From Candidatus Obscuribacterales bacterium (lineage in GTDB: Bacteria; Cyanobacteriota; Vampirovibrionia; Obscuribacterales; Obscuribacteraceae): 64,000 nt of DNA. Shown piece after piece: positions 11,471-21,396 of the stretch. Under the pieces are notes generated by a model. It made no database searches and had not been told where the DNA came from. It saw nothing but the letters and a program-made list of their open reading frames with translations. Both the position numbers and the translations under genes were made by a program. The stretch lies in assembly GCA_965228855.1 (NCBI GenBank), contig CBDDIJ010000002.1, forward strand, positions 1 through 64,000. Reading direction: 5' to 3'. Numbering within the stretch: the first letter of the stretch is position 1; each line of letters begins with the position of its first letter.

Positions 11471-11560
11471 GGCAAGCAGACCTTTCGCGTTACCGCGCCT
11501 TTGCGGGCGTCATAGTCGGTTGGGCGCGGAAAGCGAAGGGAAAGTGCGTGGGGCGCTGCC

Positions 11561-11617
11561 TTGATCCTCCCCTGCGAAGCGGGGGAGGGGGACCACACGA
11601 AGTGTGGTGGAGGGGGC
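11561..11617 (+). repeat. Family C REP-like repeat
   Basis: TTGATCCTCCCCTGCGAAGCGGGGGAGGGGGACCACACGAAGTGTGGTGGAGGGGGC; near-identical copy at 14286. Confidence 0.9.
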
Positions 11618-11727
11618 GGCCCGAGCCGCCGCAGCTATTTTCTTGGCGGCGAGCAGACCACCGGACCGATAAGGAGGAGTCCCAACGCCGTGGCTGATAT
11701 CCGGTGCGCTTAACTGTGGATGTTCGG

Positions 11728-12732
11728 CTATTTCGTTTTCAGCGGGCCATCACCTATTACTGCGCCAATGCGATTACGAAGCTTATCGCGCAGTTCTTCG
11801 GGGTTACTCCAAGTGATATGATTGAACTGCCGAGTGTCAAAGTGGACATGCTTGATATGATCGCTTCTGCAAGCCCATATGACCGGAATGCCAAGGCCCT
11901 GCGCGAACCCAGCCTCATAGTATACCCCGCCGCGGGGGATGGCTGTGTCCTCTCCGCCCGAGTTCACGATTCCACAGGTAAAATCTGCCACCACAAACCG
12001 TGATCGGCGAATTTCGGCTATGATCTCATCATCAATTTTGTTGTTGTGTTCCTTTCGATCGAGGCGCATCGGCTTATACCCAGCGGCGGCGATGGCGGGC
12101 TCAATGCCATTGTCGTAGGCTTCTCGCACCTCTTCGGAGAACCACATTGCGACAAACCCTTGCGAGGACGACGTGGGTTTTGCTCGCAATGACTCGATGT
12201 AAGAGTGACCTGCAAAAGTCAGAGACAGGCTGCCATAGCTGTCCTCAATAAGCTTCTGCTCGACCGAAAAATCGATAAGGGCCTTCACCTCCTTAAAGTC
12301 TATGGATTCTGTGGCTGCCAGTAGATAATCCACCTCGGCCCATTGCGGGTTTTGCCGCGATGCATCTGTAGCTATTCTTACAGTTCCTGCTTCACGGTAT
12401 TGCATCCGGGTTCCTAAAGAAGGCGCGTAGCTGGAGACCGTCAAAAGCAGCTTGTCACGCCTTTCTGACACTATATGTGCCGGGCGCTCGACAGCGCGTC
12501 GGACTATTTCTTGAGTAATTAGAGGCCACTCAGTACCCATACTTCTTTGATCTATCAACCACGAGGTCAGGCGTGCTTTTTCTTCGTTTTTTAAGTTGGA
12601 AATCACTACTTTTGCAGAACCAGTTACTTCATACCGGCCGCCCGCTCTTGGGGACTCGTATTGAAAAAGGTCGCCCTTACCGTGGCCGCTGTCGTAAGTT
12701 CTACTTTGCCAAATTGCGCAGGGAGCCGACAT
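11728..12732 (-). CDS. Lower-GC hypothetical protein with C-terminal nucleoside 2-deoxyribosyltransferase/TIR-like domain
   Basis: GFVAMWF...IEPAI..AGY...IDDEIIAEIRRSRFVVADFT...RGGVYYEAGFAQGLGIPVIW..HFDTRQFNHITW; AT-richer codons than flanks. Confidence 0.75.
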   Translation of the reverse strand: MSAPCAIWQSRTYDSGHGKGDLFQYESPRAGGRYEVTGSAKVVISNLKNEEKARLTSWLIDQRSMGTEWPLITQEIVRRAVERPAHIVSERRDKLLLTVSSYAPSLGTRMQYREAGTVRIATDASRQNPQWAEVDYLLAATESIDFKEVKALIDFSVEQKLIEDSYGSLSLTFAGHSYIESLRAKPTSSSQGFVAMWFSEEVREAYDNGIEPAIAAAGYKPMRLDRKEHNNKIDDEIIAEIRRSRFVVADFTCGIVNSGGEDTAIPRGGVYYEAGFAQGLGIPVIWACRSDHIKHVHFDTRQFNHITWSNPEELRDKLRNRIGAVIGDGPLKTK

Positions 12733-12888
12733 TGGTAGTATCGCCTAAGCAGGTGTTATTTAGCATATATTGCCTCGCTCCGATCGCGAAAAGAAGTCGC
12801 TTGTTCGCCACCGCAAACTAGTCGACTGCGCTCCGCAGCACTCGATGATCGCGAGGTAAGGTGTAGAGAACTGCCGCAAAGGCTGTCC

Positions 12889-13239
12889 ATGGTCCACCGT
12901 CTCGCACCGGATCGTCATCGCAGGTTTGCCCGCGCCATGCGCGCCGACGCGACGCGGGCAGAGAATCTGCTGTGGCAGGCGCTGCGGAACCGGCAGCTCG
13001 AAGGGCTGAAGTTCAAGCGGCAGGTTCCGCTTGGCGGCTACATAGTCGATTTCGTCTGCTTCGACGGGAAGCTCATCGTCGAAGTCGATGGCGGCCAGCA
13101 CGCCGGGTCGCAGCCGGACGCGGAGAGAGACGCGTATTTCGAGAGCCAGGGATTTCGCACGCTGCGCTTCTGGAACGACGATGTGGAGAAGAACATCGAT
13201 GGCGTGTGCCGGCATATTCTCAGCGTTGCGCGCGGGTAG
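12889..13239 (+). CDS. DUF559 domain (Vsr-like) endonuclease
   Basis: ARAMRADATRAENLLWQALRNRQLEGLKFKRQVPLGGYIVDFVC..KLIVEVDGGQH..DAERDAYFESQGFRTLRFWN. Confidence 0.93.
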   Translation: MVHRLAPDRHRRFARAMRADATRAENLLWQALRNRQLEGLKFKRQVPLGGYIVDFVCFDGKLIVEVDGGQHAGSQPDAERDAYFESQGFRTLRFWNDDVEKNIDGVCRHILSVARG

Positions 13240-13318
13240 CCCCTCTCTTGCGATTTCTAACACTTAGCCTGCGGCTAAGATGTTGAAATCGCTTTCTCCC
13301 CCGCAAAGGGGGAGATAA
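13238..13318 (-). repeat. Family A structured repeat, copy 4 (abuts the DUF559 stop codon)
   Basis: AGCCCCTCTCTTGCGATTTCTAACACTTAGCCTGCGGCTAAGATGTTGAAATCGCTTTCTCCCCCGCAAAGGGGGAGATAA. Confidence 0.95.
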
Positions 13319-13410
13319 CTGCGTCTCGCGCTATCGCAACGCCCCCACCCCGACGTTTCGCGCCAATCCTCCACGCCGACCCTCCCTGCAGGAGGGATCG
13401 AACCGCAGCG

Positions 13411-13533
13411 CTATACGGCATCCCTGACCTCATAGTCCTTGGATCGCGGTGAAGCTGATCTGCTTCCGGCGGTCCCGCCTCACAACGGTCCGCCTCCTAG
13501 TTGAAGCCGAATTCGTGCGGGGCGAGGAAACCG
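13411..13533 (-). pseudogene. Diverged duplicate of the prfC 3' end
   Basis: Aligns to 14473-14580: ends KDYEVRDAV* versus KDYQVRDAA*, shares GGTGAAGCTGATCTGCTTCC; contains indels and a stop. Confidence 0.85.
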
Positions 13534-13545
13534 AGGCGCGATGCC

Positions 13546-13632
13546 GCCCTTATCTCCCCCCTTGCGGGGGAGAAAGCGATTTCAGCATCTTAGCGGAGCT
13601 AAGTGCTAGAAATCGCAAGAGAGGGGCTTGCC
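13546..13632 (+). repeat. Family A structured repeat, copy 5
   Basis: GCCCTTATCTCCCCCCTTGCGGGGGAGAAAGCGATTTCAGCATCTTAGCGGAGCTAAGTGCTAGAAATCGCAAGAGAGGGGCTTGCC. Confidence 0.95.
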
Positions 13633-13888
13633 GTGGTTCCCTGTGTCGCACGGGACCGTCATCGACGTTCTACCGTTCCCGCAAGGGGGAAATCGGCGCG
13701 CACAACTCTCTCCGCTAAAACTGTTTCGCCTCGCCCGGTGTGAACAAAATCGCGTGGGCGTCTCGGCGCGAGAGAAACAATCCCCGTCATTTCAATCGCT
13801 TGGCGTAGTCCGACGAAATTTCCCGGATCGTTTTTGTCCCCACCTTCCCGACCCGCCCGATACTTCCCCAACCGAAACGGGAGTGACG

Positions 13889-14281
13889 ATGGACAGGCAA
13901 GGCAAGGAGGACGGGCAGGTTCTGGCGCGCATCGTCGTGCTGCTGCTGTCGCTCGCCGCGCTCGCCGCCGCGGCCGGCGCGCTGCCGGCTTCGCGCCGCG
14001 TCCTGCTGCTTGGCGTGTTGCGCCATGCCGCCGCCGTGGCCTCGGCCTTTGCCGCGTGCATCCACGCGCCGGTCGACGGCCGCTGGTGGCCGGCATCCGA
14101 CGAGAGCGAGGCGGCGCAGCTGACGAAAATCTTCGCCGCGCTTGCCCGCGCCCTGGCCGTGCCGGCGCGTCAGGCCATCCGCGCGGCGCGCTGGCTGGCC
14201 CATGGCGCGTTCGCGCTCACCGAGACAACGGCCGGTCGTGAAAGCATCGCGCCGCGTCCGCGCTTTGCCGACACCTCGTGA
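13889..14281 (+). CDS. Hypothetical Ala/Leu-rich protein
   Basis: GGGAG RBS before ATG; MDRQGKEDGQVLARIVVLLLSLAALA... Confidence 0.5.
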   Translation: MDRQGKEDGQVLARIVVLLLSLAALAAAAGALPASRRVLLLGVLRHAAAVASAFAACIHAPVDGRWWPASDESEAAQLTKIFAALARALAVPARQAIRAARWLAHGAFALTETTAGRESIAPRPRFADTS

Positions 14282-14285
14282 GACG

Positions 14286-14461
14286 TTGATCCTCCCCTGC
14301 GAAGCGGGGGGGACCACACGAAGTGTGGTGGAGGGGGCCGCCGGGCTTTGCCGCGGGCAGAAGGGGACTGAGCACGAAACGAACGGAGGCAGCATCAAGT
14401 CGCCCCCTCCGCCTCGCACGGCTGCGCCGGCTCGGCACCTCCCCCGCTGCGCAGGGGAGGA
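14286..14461. repeat. Inverted pair of family C repeats
   Basis: Forward copy 14286-14338; diverged inverted copy 14402-14461 (CACCTCCCCCGCTGCGCAGGGGAGGA). Confidence 0.8.
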
Positions 14462-14472
14462 ACCGGTCGGCG

Positions 14473-16059
14473 CTACGCCGCATCCCTGACCTGGTAATCC
14501 TTGATGGCGGTGAAGCTGATCTGCTTCCAGCGCTCCGCCTCGTAGTTGAGGCCGAACTCATGCGGCGCGAGGAACACCGGGTCGCCGTCGAGGTCGCGGG
14601 CAATGTCGCCGCGGTGGCTCTCGATGAAACGGTGGAGCTCGGTCTTGTCGCCGGCGATCCAGCGGCAGACGGAAAACCGCGCCATCTCGAAATCGACCGG
14701 CAGGCTGTATTCGATGTTGAGGCGTTCCTTCAGCACGTCGAGCTGCAGTGCGCCGACGACGCCGACGATGGCCGGCGAGCCGTCCTCCGGCTGGAACAAT
14801 TGCACCACGCCTTCCTCGGCCATCTGCTGCAGCGCTTCCTTCAGCTTCTTCGCCTTCATGGCGTCGCCGAGGCGGACGCGGCGCAGGATTTCCGGCGCGA
14901 AATTGGGCACGCCGCGGAACAGGATGTCCTCGCCCTCGGTCAGCGTGTCGCCGATCCTGAGCGTGCCGTGGTTGGGGATGCCGACGACGTCGCCGGCGAA
15001 CGCCTCGTCGGCGGTGATGCGCGAGCGGGCGAAGAAGAATTGCGGCGCCGACAGGCTCATCTGCTTGCCGGTGCGCACCAGCTTGGCCTTCATGCCGCGC
15101 TCCAGCGTGCCCGAGCACACACGCACGAAGGCGATGCGGTCGCGGTGGTTGGGGTCCATGTTGGCCTGGATCTTGAAGACGAAGGCGGTCATGTCCGCCT
15201 CGGTCGCCTCGACCTTGCGGGTGTCGGCCTCCTGGGCGCGCGGCGCCGGGCCGAAGGCGCCGAGCGCCTCGATCAGGTCGCGGACGCCGAAATTGCGCAA
15301 GGCAGAGCCGAAGAACACCGGCGTCAAATGGCCCTCGCGGAACGCCTTCGCGTCGAACGGCTTGCAGGCCTCGCGCGCCAGCTCCAGCTCCTCGATGAAG
15401 GCGGGGCGGTCGTTCTCGGGCAAGAGCCCGGCGACGCGGTTGGAATCGGGCCGTTGACCGGCGTCCGCTCGGCCTCGGTGTCGGAGCGGCGCACGGCGTT
15501 GTCGGCGAGATGATAGGTGCCGGCGAACGTCTTGCCCTGGCCGATCGGCCAGGTGATCGGCGCGGTGTCGAGCGCCAGCTTCTGCTCCACCTCGTCGAGG
15601 ATCTCGAACGGTGTCGCGCGCCTCGCGGTCCATCTTGTTGACGAAGGTGATGATCGGGATGTCGCGCAGCCGGCAGACCTCGAACAGCTTCAGCGTGCGC
15701 GGCTCGATGCCCTTGGCGGCGTCGATGACCATGACGGCGCTGTCGACCGCGGTCAGCGTGCGGTAGGTGTCGTCGGCAAAATCCTCGTGGCCCGGCGTGT
15801 CCAGGAGGTTGAAGACGTGGTCGCCATATTCGAACGTCATCACCGAGGTGACGACGGAGATACCGCGCTCGCGCTCGATCTTCATCCAGTCGGAGCGGGT
15901 CTGGATGCGATCCTTCTTGGGCCTTGACCTCGCCGGCCAGCTGGATGGCGCCGCCGAACAGCAGCAGCTTCTCGGTCAGCGTGGTCTTGCCGGCGTCCGG
16001 TGCGCGATGATCGCGAAAGTGCGGCGGCGCGCGACGGCGCGTTCGATGTCTTCGGCCAT
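14473..16059 (-). CDS. prfC: Peptide chain release factor 3, with about four single-base frameshifts (probably sequencing indels)
   Basis: [83 protein letters not shown]. Confidence 0.95.
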
Positions 16060-16210
16060 GAAGGGGTTCCGTTCGGTTGCCGGGCTTATAGCGGCGGTTT
16101 TCCGGCCTGTCGAACGGATTTGGCCCGAGGCCTGACCGGCGATTTGGCCGACCTGGCCCTGGCATGGCGCGATGCGGGATGGCATGCCTCGCCGAGAGAG
16201 GAGCACGGGT

Positions 16211-17290
16211 ATGGCGGCACGCAAGGAAATACTGGTCGTCGGCGCCGGCATCATCGGCGCGTCGATCGGCTGGCACCTGGCAAGCGCCGGGGCGCGGGTG
16301 ACCATCGTCGAGGCCGGCAGCGAGGGCGGCGTGGCGACGCCGGCCTCGTTCGCCTGGCTCAATGCGAGCGCGGGCAACCCCGAACCCTATTTCCGGCTGC
16401 GCAGGCGCTCGATGCGGGAGTGGACGCGGCTGGCCGCCGAGGTGCCCGGCATTCCGCTCGCCTGGTCGGGCGGCCTGTGCTGGGATCTTCCCGCCGCCGA
16501 GATGGAACGGTACGCGGCGGAACATGGCGGCTGGGGATACGGCATCCGCGTCGTCGGACGCGACGAGGCGGCGTGGATCGAACCCGGCCTGGCCAACCCA
16601 CCCGAACGCGCCGTGCACGTCGCCGAGGAAGGCATGGTCGAGCCGGTGGCCGCGACGCTGGCGCTGCTCGCCGACGCGGCGAAGCGCGGCGCAGTGCTGC
16701 GCACGGGGTTGCGGGTCGCTGCGGTGGAGCGCATGACCGATGGACGGCCGACGGTGGTCGCGGGCGGCGAAAGGATCGCGGCCGACGCCATCGTGATCGC
16801 CGCCGGCGCCGGAACCCCGGCACTGGCCGCGACCGCCGGCATCACGGTGCCGCTGACGACGCCGCCCGGCCTGATCGTGCATTCGCGGCCGCTGGCCGAA
16901 AGACTGCTCAACGGGCTGGTGCTCTCCGACGGGCCGCATGTGCGCCAGACCGCCGAGGGCCGGATCATCGCCGGCGGCGATTTCGGCGGCTCCGACCCCG
17001 GCGAGGACGCGAGCGGAACGGCCGCCGCGCTGTTCGCCGCGGTGAAGGCGATGCTCAGACGCGGCAACGCGCTGGAGATGGATTTCCACACGATCGGCTG
17101 GCGGCCGACTCCGGCAGACGGTTTCCCCGTGATCGGGCCGGCCGGGACGGGAGCGCCGGGCGTCTACCTCGCGGTCATGCATTCCGGCATCACGCTGGCG
17201 CCGGCGGTCGGGCTGTTCGCGGCCGAGGAGATATTGACCGGCCGCCGCGACCCGCTGCTCGCTCCATACGGGATCGGTCGGTTCGGATAA
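16211..17290 (+). CDS. FAD-dependent oxidoreductase (DAO/DadA family)
   Basis: [34 protein letters not shown]. Confidence 0.9.
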   Translation: MAARKEILVVGAGIIGASIGWHLASAGARVTIVEAGSEGGVATPASFAWLNASAGNPEPYFRLRRRSMREWTRLAAEVPGIPLAWSGGLCWDLPAAEMERYAAEHGGWGYGIRVVGRDEAAWIEPGLANPPERAVHVAEEGMVEPVAATLALLADAAKRGAVLRTGLRVAAVERMTDGRPTVVAGGERIAADAIVIAAGAGTPALAATAGITVPLTTPPGLIVHSRPLAERLLNGLVLSDGPHVRQTAEGRIIAGGDFGGSDPGEDASGTAAALFAAVKAMLRRGNALEMDFHTIGWRPTPADGFPVIGPAGTGAPGVYLAVMHSGITLAPAVGLFAAEEILTGRRDPLLAPYGIGRFG

Positions 17291-17330
17291 ACGGATGCGA
17301 AGAGGCGCTCCGCACCTTTCCCGGAAAGCT

Positions 17331-18125
17331 CTAGACGGCGACGGCCAGCTTCGCCGTTTCCGGCGCGAAGGGCCTTATTGTGACGCCGTCGCGCGTCATG
17401 GCGACGAAGCTCGATGGCGGCACGGCCTGCCAGGCGTCGGCCTCGCGGTCGAACGGCTCCGAGACGAGGCAGCGGCCGGTGGGCATCCCGGCGGTGTAGA
17501 GGGTCGGCGCCGCAGCGTCTGTCGAATACCGCACCGCGTAGAGGGTCTCGCCATCGGAGAAGGCGGCGGTCAGCTTGAAAGAGGGTTCAATGCCGGCGCG
17601 GCGCTGCACGTCGAGCACCTCCGCGGCGGCGCGGGTGGCTGCCGCCTGCGGGTCATGCTCCAGCCCCTCGTCCAGCATCATCAGGAAGAACAGCTCGGAA
17701 TCGGTGGTGCCTTCCATCTGGTCGTAGAGTCGGTCGGCGATGCGCGCTTCCAGCTTGCGGCGGATATTCTCGAACGAGCCGATCTGGCCGTTGTGCATGA
17801 AGCTCCAGCGGCCGGAGGCAAAAGGATGGCAGTTGGCGCGGCTGGTGGCGCCGCCGGTCGAGGCGCGCACATGCGCGAGGAACAGGCCGGAGCGGATCTG
17901 CCGGCAGATGCTCTTCAGGTTCGGATCGGACCAGGCCGGCAGGATGTCGCGGTAGATGCCGGGCTCGGGCCGCGCGCCATACCAGGCGACGCCGAAACCG
18001 TCGGCATTGGTGGCGGTCTTGGCCTGCTCGGCGCAATGGCTCTGGGCGATCAGCGAATGGCACGGCGCCGAGACGATGTCCTCGAGGAACACCTCGTCAC
18101 CGAGATAGGCGGCCCAGCGGCACAT
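17331..18125 (-). CDS. Class II glutamine amidotransferase (EgtC/YafJ-like)
   Basis: N-terminal MCRWAAY, NADGFG, AHVRAST, NCHPF, FMHNG, GTTDSE. Confidence 0.92.
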   Translation of the reverse strand: MCRWAAYLGDEVFLEDIVSAPCHSLIAQSHCAEQAKTATNADGFGVAWYGARPEPGIYRDILPAWSDPNLKSICRQIRSGLFLAHVRASTGGATSRANCHPFASGRWSFMHNGQIGSFENIRRKLEARIADRLYDQMEGTTDSELFFLMMLDEGLEHDPQAAATRAAAEVLDVQRRAGIEPSFKLTAAFSDGETLYAVRYSTDAAAPTLYTAGMPTGRCLVSEPFDREADAWQAVPPSSFVAMTRDGVTIRPFAPETAKLAVAV

Positions 18126-18365
18126 TCTTTCCCTCCATCCAGCTGCCCGCCCGCGGAACCGGCGGACACCCGCGTCCGACTCGAGCTTAAGACGCAAACG
18201 GCAAGAAACCGTGAACATGCGCCATCCATCACGGCATGGGTAGCGCGGCAACCGCTTCCGGTTCAACAGCGGCCGCGCGATCGGCGGCGCCCGGCCGCAA
18301 AACCGGTTGATAAAGCGCCGCCGGAGATTGACGGCGGGCAGGCGGCGCCCGATACGGATCGCTTC

Positions 18366-18840
18366 ATGCACATCGTCTCCAATTCCGCGCCAGTTCTTGG
18401 CGTCGTCCGCCTGCAGCACGCCGACGGCCTGCCGCTTCCCGCCTACGAGACCCGCCGGAGCAGCCGGCATGGACCTGCGCGCCGCGGTGCCGGAGGACCG
18501 GCCGCTGCTGATCCTGCCCGGCAGGCGCGCGCTGGTGCCGACCGGGCTGATCTTCGAAATCCCGGACGGGTTCGAGGGCCAGGTCAGGCCGCGTTCGGGG
18601 CTCGCCTTCAAGCACGGCATCACCTGCCTCAACACGCCAGGCACGATCGACAGCGACTATCGCGGCGAGGTGAAGGTGCTGCTGGTCAATCTCGGCGACG
18701 AGGATTTCGCCGTCACCCGCGGCATGCGTATCGCCCAGCTGGTCATGGCCGCGGTCAGCCGCGCATCGGTGGTGGAGAAGGACATGGCCGGCGACACCCT
18801 GCGCGGCGCCGGCGGCTTCGGCTCGACCGGCACAGGCTGA
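18366..18840 (+). CDS. dut: dUTP diphosphatase (frameshift near 18451)
   Basis: [57 protein letters not shown]. Confidence 0.95.
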
Positions 18841-19493
18841 TGCGGCCCGGGCTGGTCATCTTCGACTGCGACGGGGTGCTGGTCGACACCGAGGTTCTCG
18901 GCAACCGGCGGCTGTCGCAATGGCTGACCGATGCCGGCTATCCGGTGGCCTATGAAGATTGCCGCAGGCGGTTCGTCGGGCGGAGCATGGCTTCGGTGCG
19001 CACCGAACTGCTGGCCGAAGGCTTCGACCTCGGCGCCGACTTTCCCGACCGCTGGAACCTGGCGCTGCCGGAGCTGTTCGCCAAGGGCGTCGAGGCGATC
19101 CCGCACGTGCGCGGCTTCATCGACGCCGTCATCGCGGCGGGCATACCCTATTGCGTCGCCTCGTCGGCGCGCGTCTCCAAGATGCACATCACGCTCGGTG
19201 TCACCGGCATGCTGCCGCTGTTCGAACATGCGATGTTCAGCTCGACCATGGTGGCGAACGGCAAGCCGGCGCCGGACCTCTTCCTGCATGCCGCCAGCAC
19301 CATGGGCCATGCGCCGGCGGACTGCATCGTCGTCGAGGACAGCGTCGCCGGCACCATCGCGGGGGTCGCTGCCGGGATGCGGGTCTACTCCTACTGCGGC
19401 GACCCGATGGCCGACCGCGACGGCCTCGCCGCTGCCGGCGGGACACTGTTCGACGACATGCGCGACCTGGCTCGGCTGGCGGCGATCGCCTGA
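18840..19493 (+). CDS. HAD-IA family hydrolase/phosphatase
   Basis: IFDCDGVLVDTE, KPAPDLF, VVEDS. Confidence 0.92.
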   Translation: MRPGLVIFDCDGVLVDTEVLGNRRLSQWLTDAGYPVAYEDCRRRFVGRSMASVRTELLAEGFDLGADFPDRWNLALPELFAKGVEAIPHVRGFIDAVIAAGIPYCVASSARVSKMHITLGVTGMLPLFEHAMFSSTMVANGKPAPDLFLHAASTMGHAPADCIVVEDSVAGTIAGVAAGMRVYSYCGDPMADRDGLAAAGGTLFDDMRDLARLAAIA

Positions 19494-19552
19494 CGCCGAC
19501 GGAAGCTGTCGCCTTCGCCGCCGCGCTGTGCAAGACTCGCCAAGGTCTGGCG

Positions 19553-20414
19553 GTGAAGGTCCCGGTGATCCTGGTGGTTCGTGTCCTGCTTCTTGTCTGC
19601 GTCATGCTCGCCGCCACCGGTTCGGTGCGGGCCGAAGGCATCTATTTCGAGAAGTTCGAGACGCCGGCGCCAGGTTTCGCAGGGCGGACCTATCTGGACC
19701 TGGCGCGTCAGATCGTGCCCGACCTGAAGCCTGACGGACAGGAACTCGTCGGAGGGCCGCCGATCACCGCGCGCCGGATCGCGACCGAGCCGCGCGACCT
19801 GCCGGCGAAGATGCGGATGCGGAGCGTCAAGGTGGTGTCGTTCGACGTCAAAGGAAAACCGAGGCTGGCGCTGCTGGTCGCCAACGAGCCCGACTATTAC
19901 GCCAGGACCGGCTGGTACGCGGCGCTGGCGCTCTTCGATCCCGCCAAAGGATCGCAACCGATCGACGTGGTCGACGTCACGTTCGGCGTTTTCAGCGAAT
20001 TCGACGCGCGTGAGCAACTCGAGCTCGGCGGCGACATTACCGCGATCTTCATCTCGAGCATGAAACCGTACCACTGGGATGCGAGGACCACGGCGCTGCT
20101 GTTCGTACGTGAGGACCGTCTGTTCTTCATTGACACGGTGGAGATCCTCACCGCCATCCCCTGCTCGCATATGTTCTGGCAAAATGTCGACTTCGAGAGC
20201 GTCGACGCGGAGGGCCCCTGTGCGCTCCATCCGGGCGACGATCTCCGAAGGCAGCATAGCCAGCAACGCCGTCTATTGCGACGGCGACTGGCCGCCGGAG
20301 AACGGCACGCGTGACGTTTCCGTGCGCTACGACTGGAACGCCGCGGCAAAGAGCTTCAGGCGCGATTCCGACGCGCTCGTCGAACTCCAGGAAGCGACGT
20401 TCGCGAAATATTGA
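19553..20414 (+). CDS. Exported hypothetical protein (frameshift near 20215); paralog of the next gene
   Basis: Signal peptide; TYLDL, ALALFDP, VRYDWNAAAKSFRRDSDAL shared with 20415-21287. Confidence 0.7.
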
Positions 20415-21287
20415 ATGCAGCAGGGACGGACTGGACCATTGAGACAGATCGCACGACTGGCATTGGTGCTGCTGGCCCTGATCGCTCCCGGCAGAGTGCA
20501 GGCGCAGGAGGTGACGTTCCCCGCGATCACCGAAGCGGTGCCGGGCGCGGAGGAACTCACCTACCTCGATCTCGTCAAGGAAATCGTTGCCGACGGCACG
20601 GTCGGCGCGGATGGCTGGCTCACCGGCCGCGACGTCAAGGCGTTGCGGCACATCGCCGGCGACGACGCGAAGAAAGCGCCGCCGGCGCAAGCCAAGCTCG
20701 ACACCGGCATCAGCGCGCTGGAACTCGCCGGCGGCAAACGGCTGCTGCTGATGTTCGAACTCGGCCAGCCCGAAGGCGACACGGCCAACTACACGGTGCT
20801 GGCGCTCTATGACCCGGCCGCGACGCCGCGGCTGCTCGACGCGGTTGACGTCGGGCACGACCTCAGCAATTTCTTCCTCAACCCGGCCGTCCTTCCGCTC
20901 GGCGGCGGCGACCTGATCCTGACGATGAGCCTGCATTTCAACTCCAGCCAGGCCTACCAGGTCTCCGGCATGACACTGCTGCGCGGCGACCGCTTCGAGT
21001 TCGTCGACGCGGTGTCGACGTTCGACGACAAGCACTGCGCCTTCGAGCGCTCCCAGCGCATCGCCTACGACGTCCAGCCCTCCGATACCCCGTTCGCGGA
21101 CATCTACGCCGCGGTGACGGAAACCGTGGCGCCGACCGACGGCGAATGCGGCGCGGACGCGCAAAAGCTGCCGGCCGGCGAACGCACCATCGCGGTGCGC
21201 TACGCTTGGGATGCAACGGCACAACGTTACGTGGCGGACTCCGACGCTTTCAAGCGGCTCGCGGCGGAGAACTCCGAACGTTTCTGA
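20415..21287 (+). CDS. Exported hypothetical protein
   Basis: Signal peptide (VQA-QE); TYLDL, VLALYDP, VRYAWDATAQRYVADSDAF. Confidence 0.75.
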   Translation: MQQGRTGPLRQIARLALVLLALIAPGRVQAQEVTFPAITEAVPGAEELTYLDLVKEIVADGTVGADGWLTGRDVKALRHIAGDDAKKAPPAQAKLDTGISALELAGGKRLLLMFELGQPEGDTANYTVLALYDPAATPRLLDAVDVGHDLSNFFLNPAVLPLGGGDLILTMSLHFNSSQAYQVSGMTLLRGDRFEFVDAVSTFDDKHCAFERSQRIAYDVQPSDTPFADIYAAVTETVAPTDGECGADAQKLPAGERTIAVRYAWDATAQRYVADSDAFKRLAAENSERF

Positions 21288-21396
21288 AGCATGCCAGCCC
21301 GACGTGTCAGCAGCGTTCCGTGGCATCATCGGAAGCAATTGCCGGACCAGCGCCGCGCCGCTAGATTTCGCCTCCTCTGATGTGGAGAACGCGGCA

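Noticed and set aside
11728..13239. Retron or restriction-modification system
   Set aside because: No reverse transcriptase or DNA methyltransferase gene is present in the window.
14473..16059. Programmed frameshifting in the release factor gene
   Set aside because: Programmed frameshifting is a feature of prfB. This is prfC, with four scattered indels and no slippery-site/stop signature.
17295..19493. 732-aa apparent fusion ORF ending in the HAD domain
   Set aside because: It is an artefact of antisense read-through plus the dut frameshift; dut and the HAD gene are separate.
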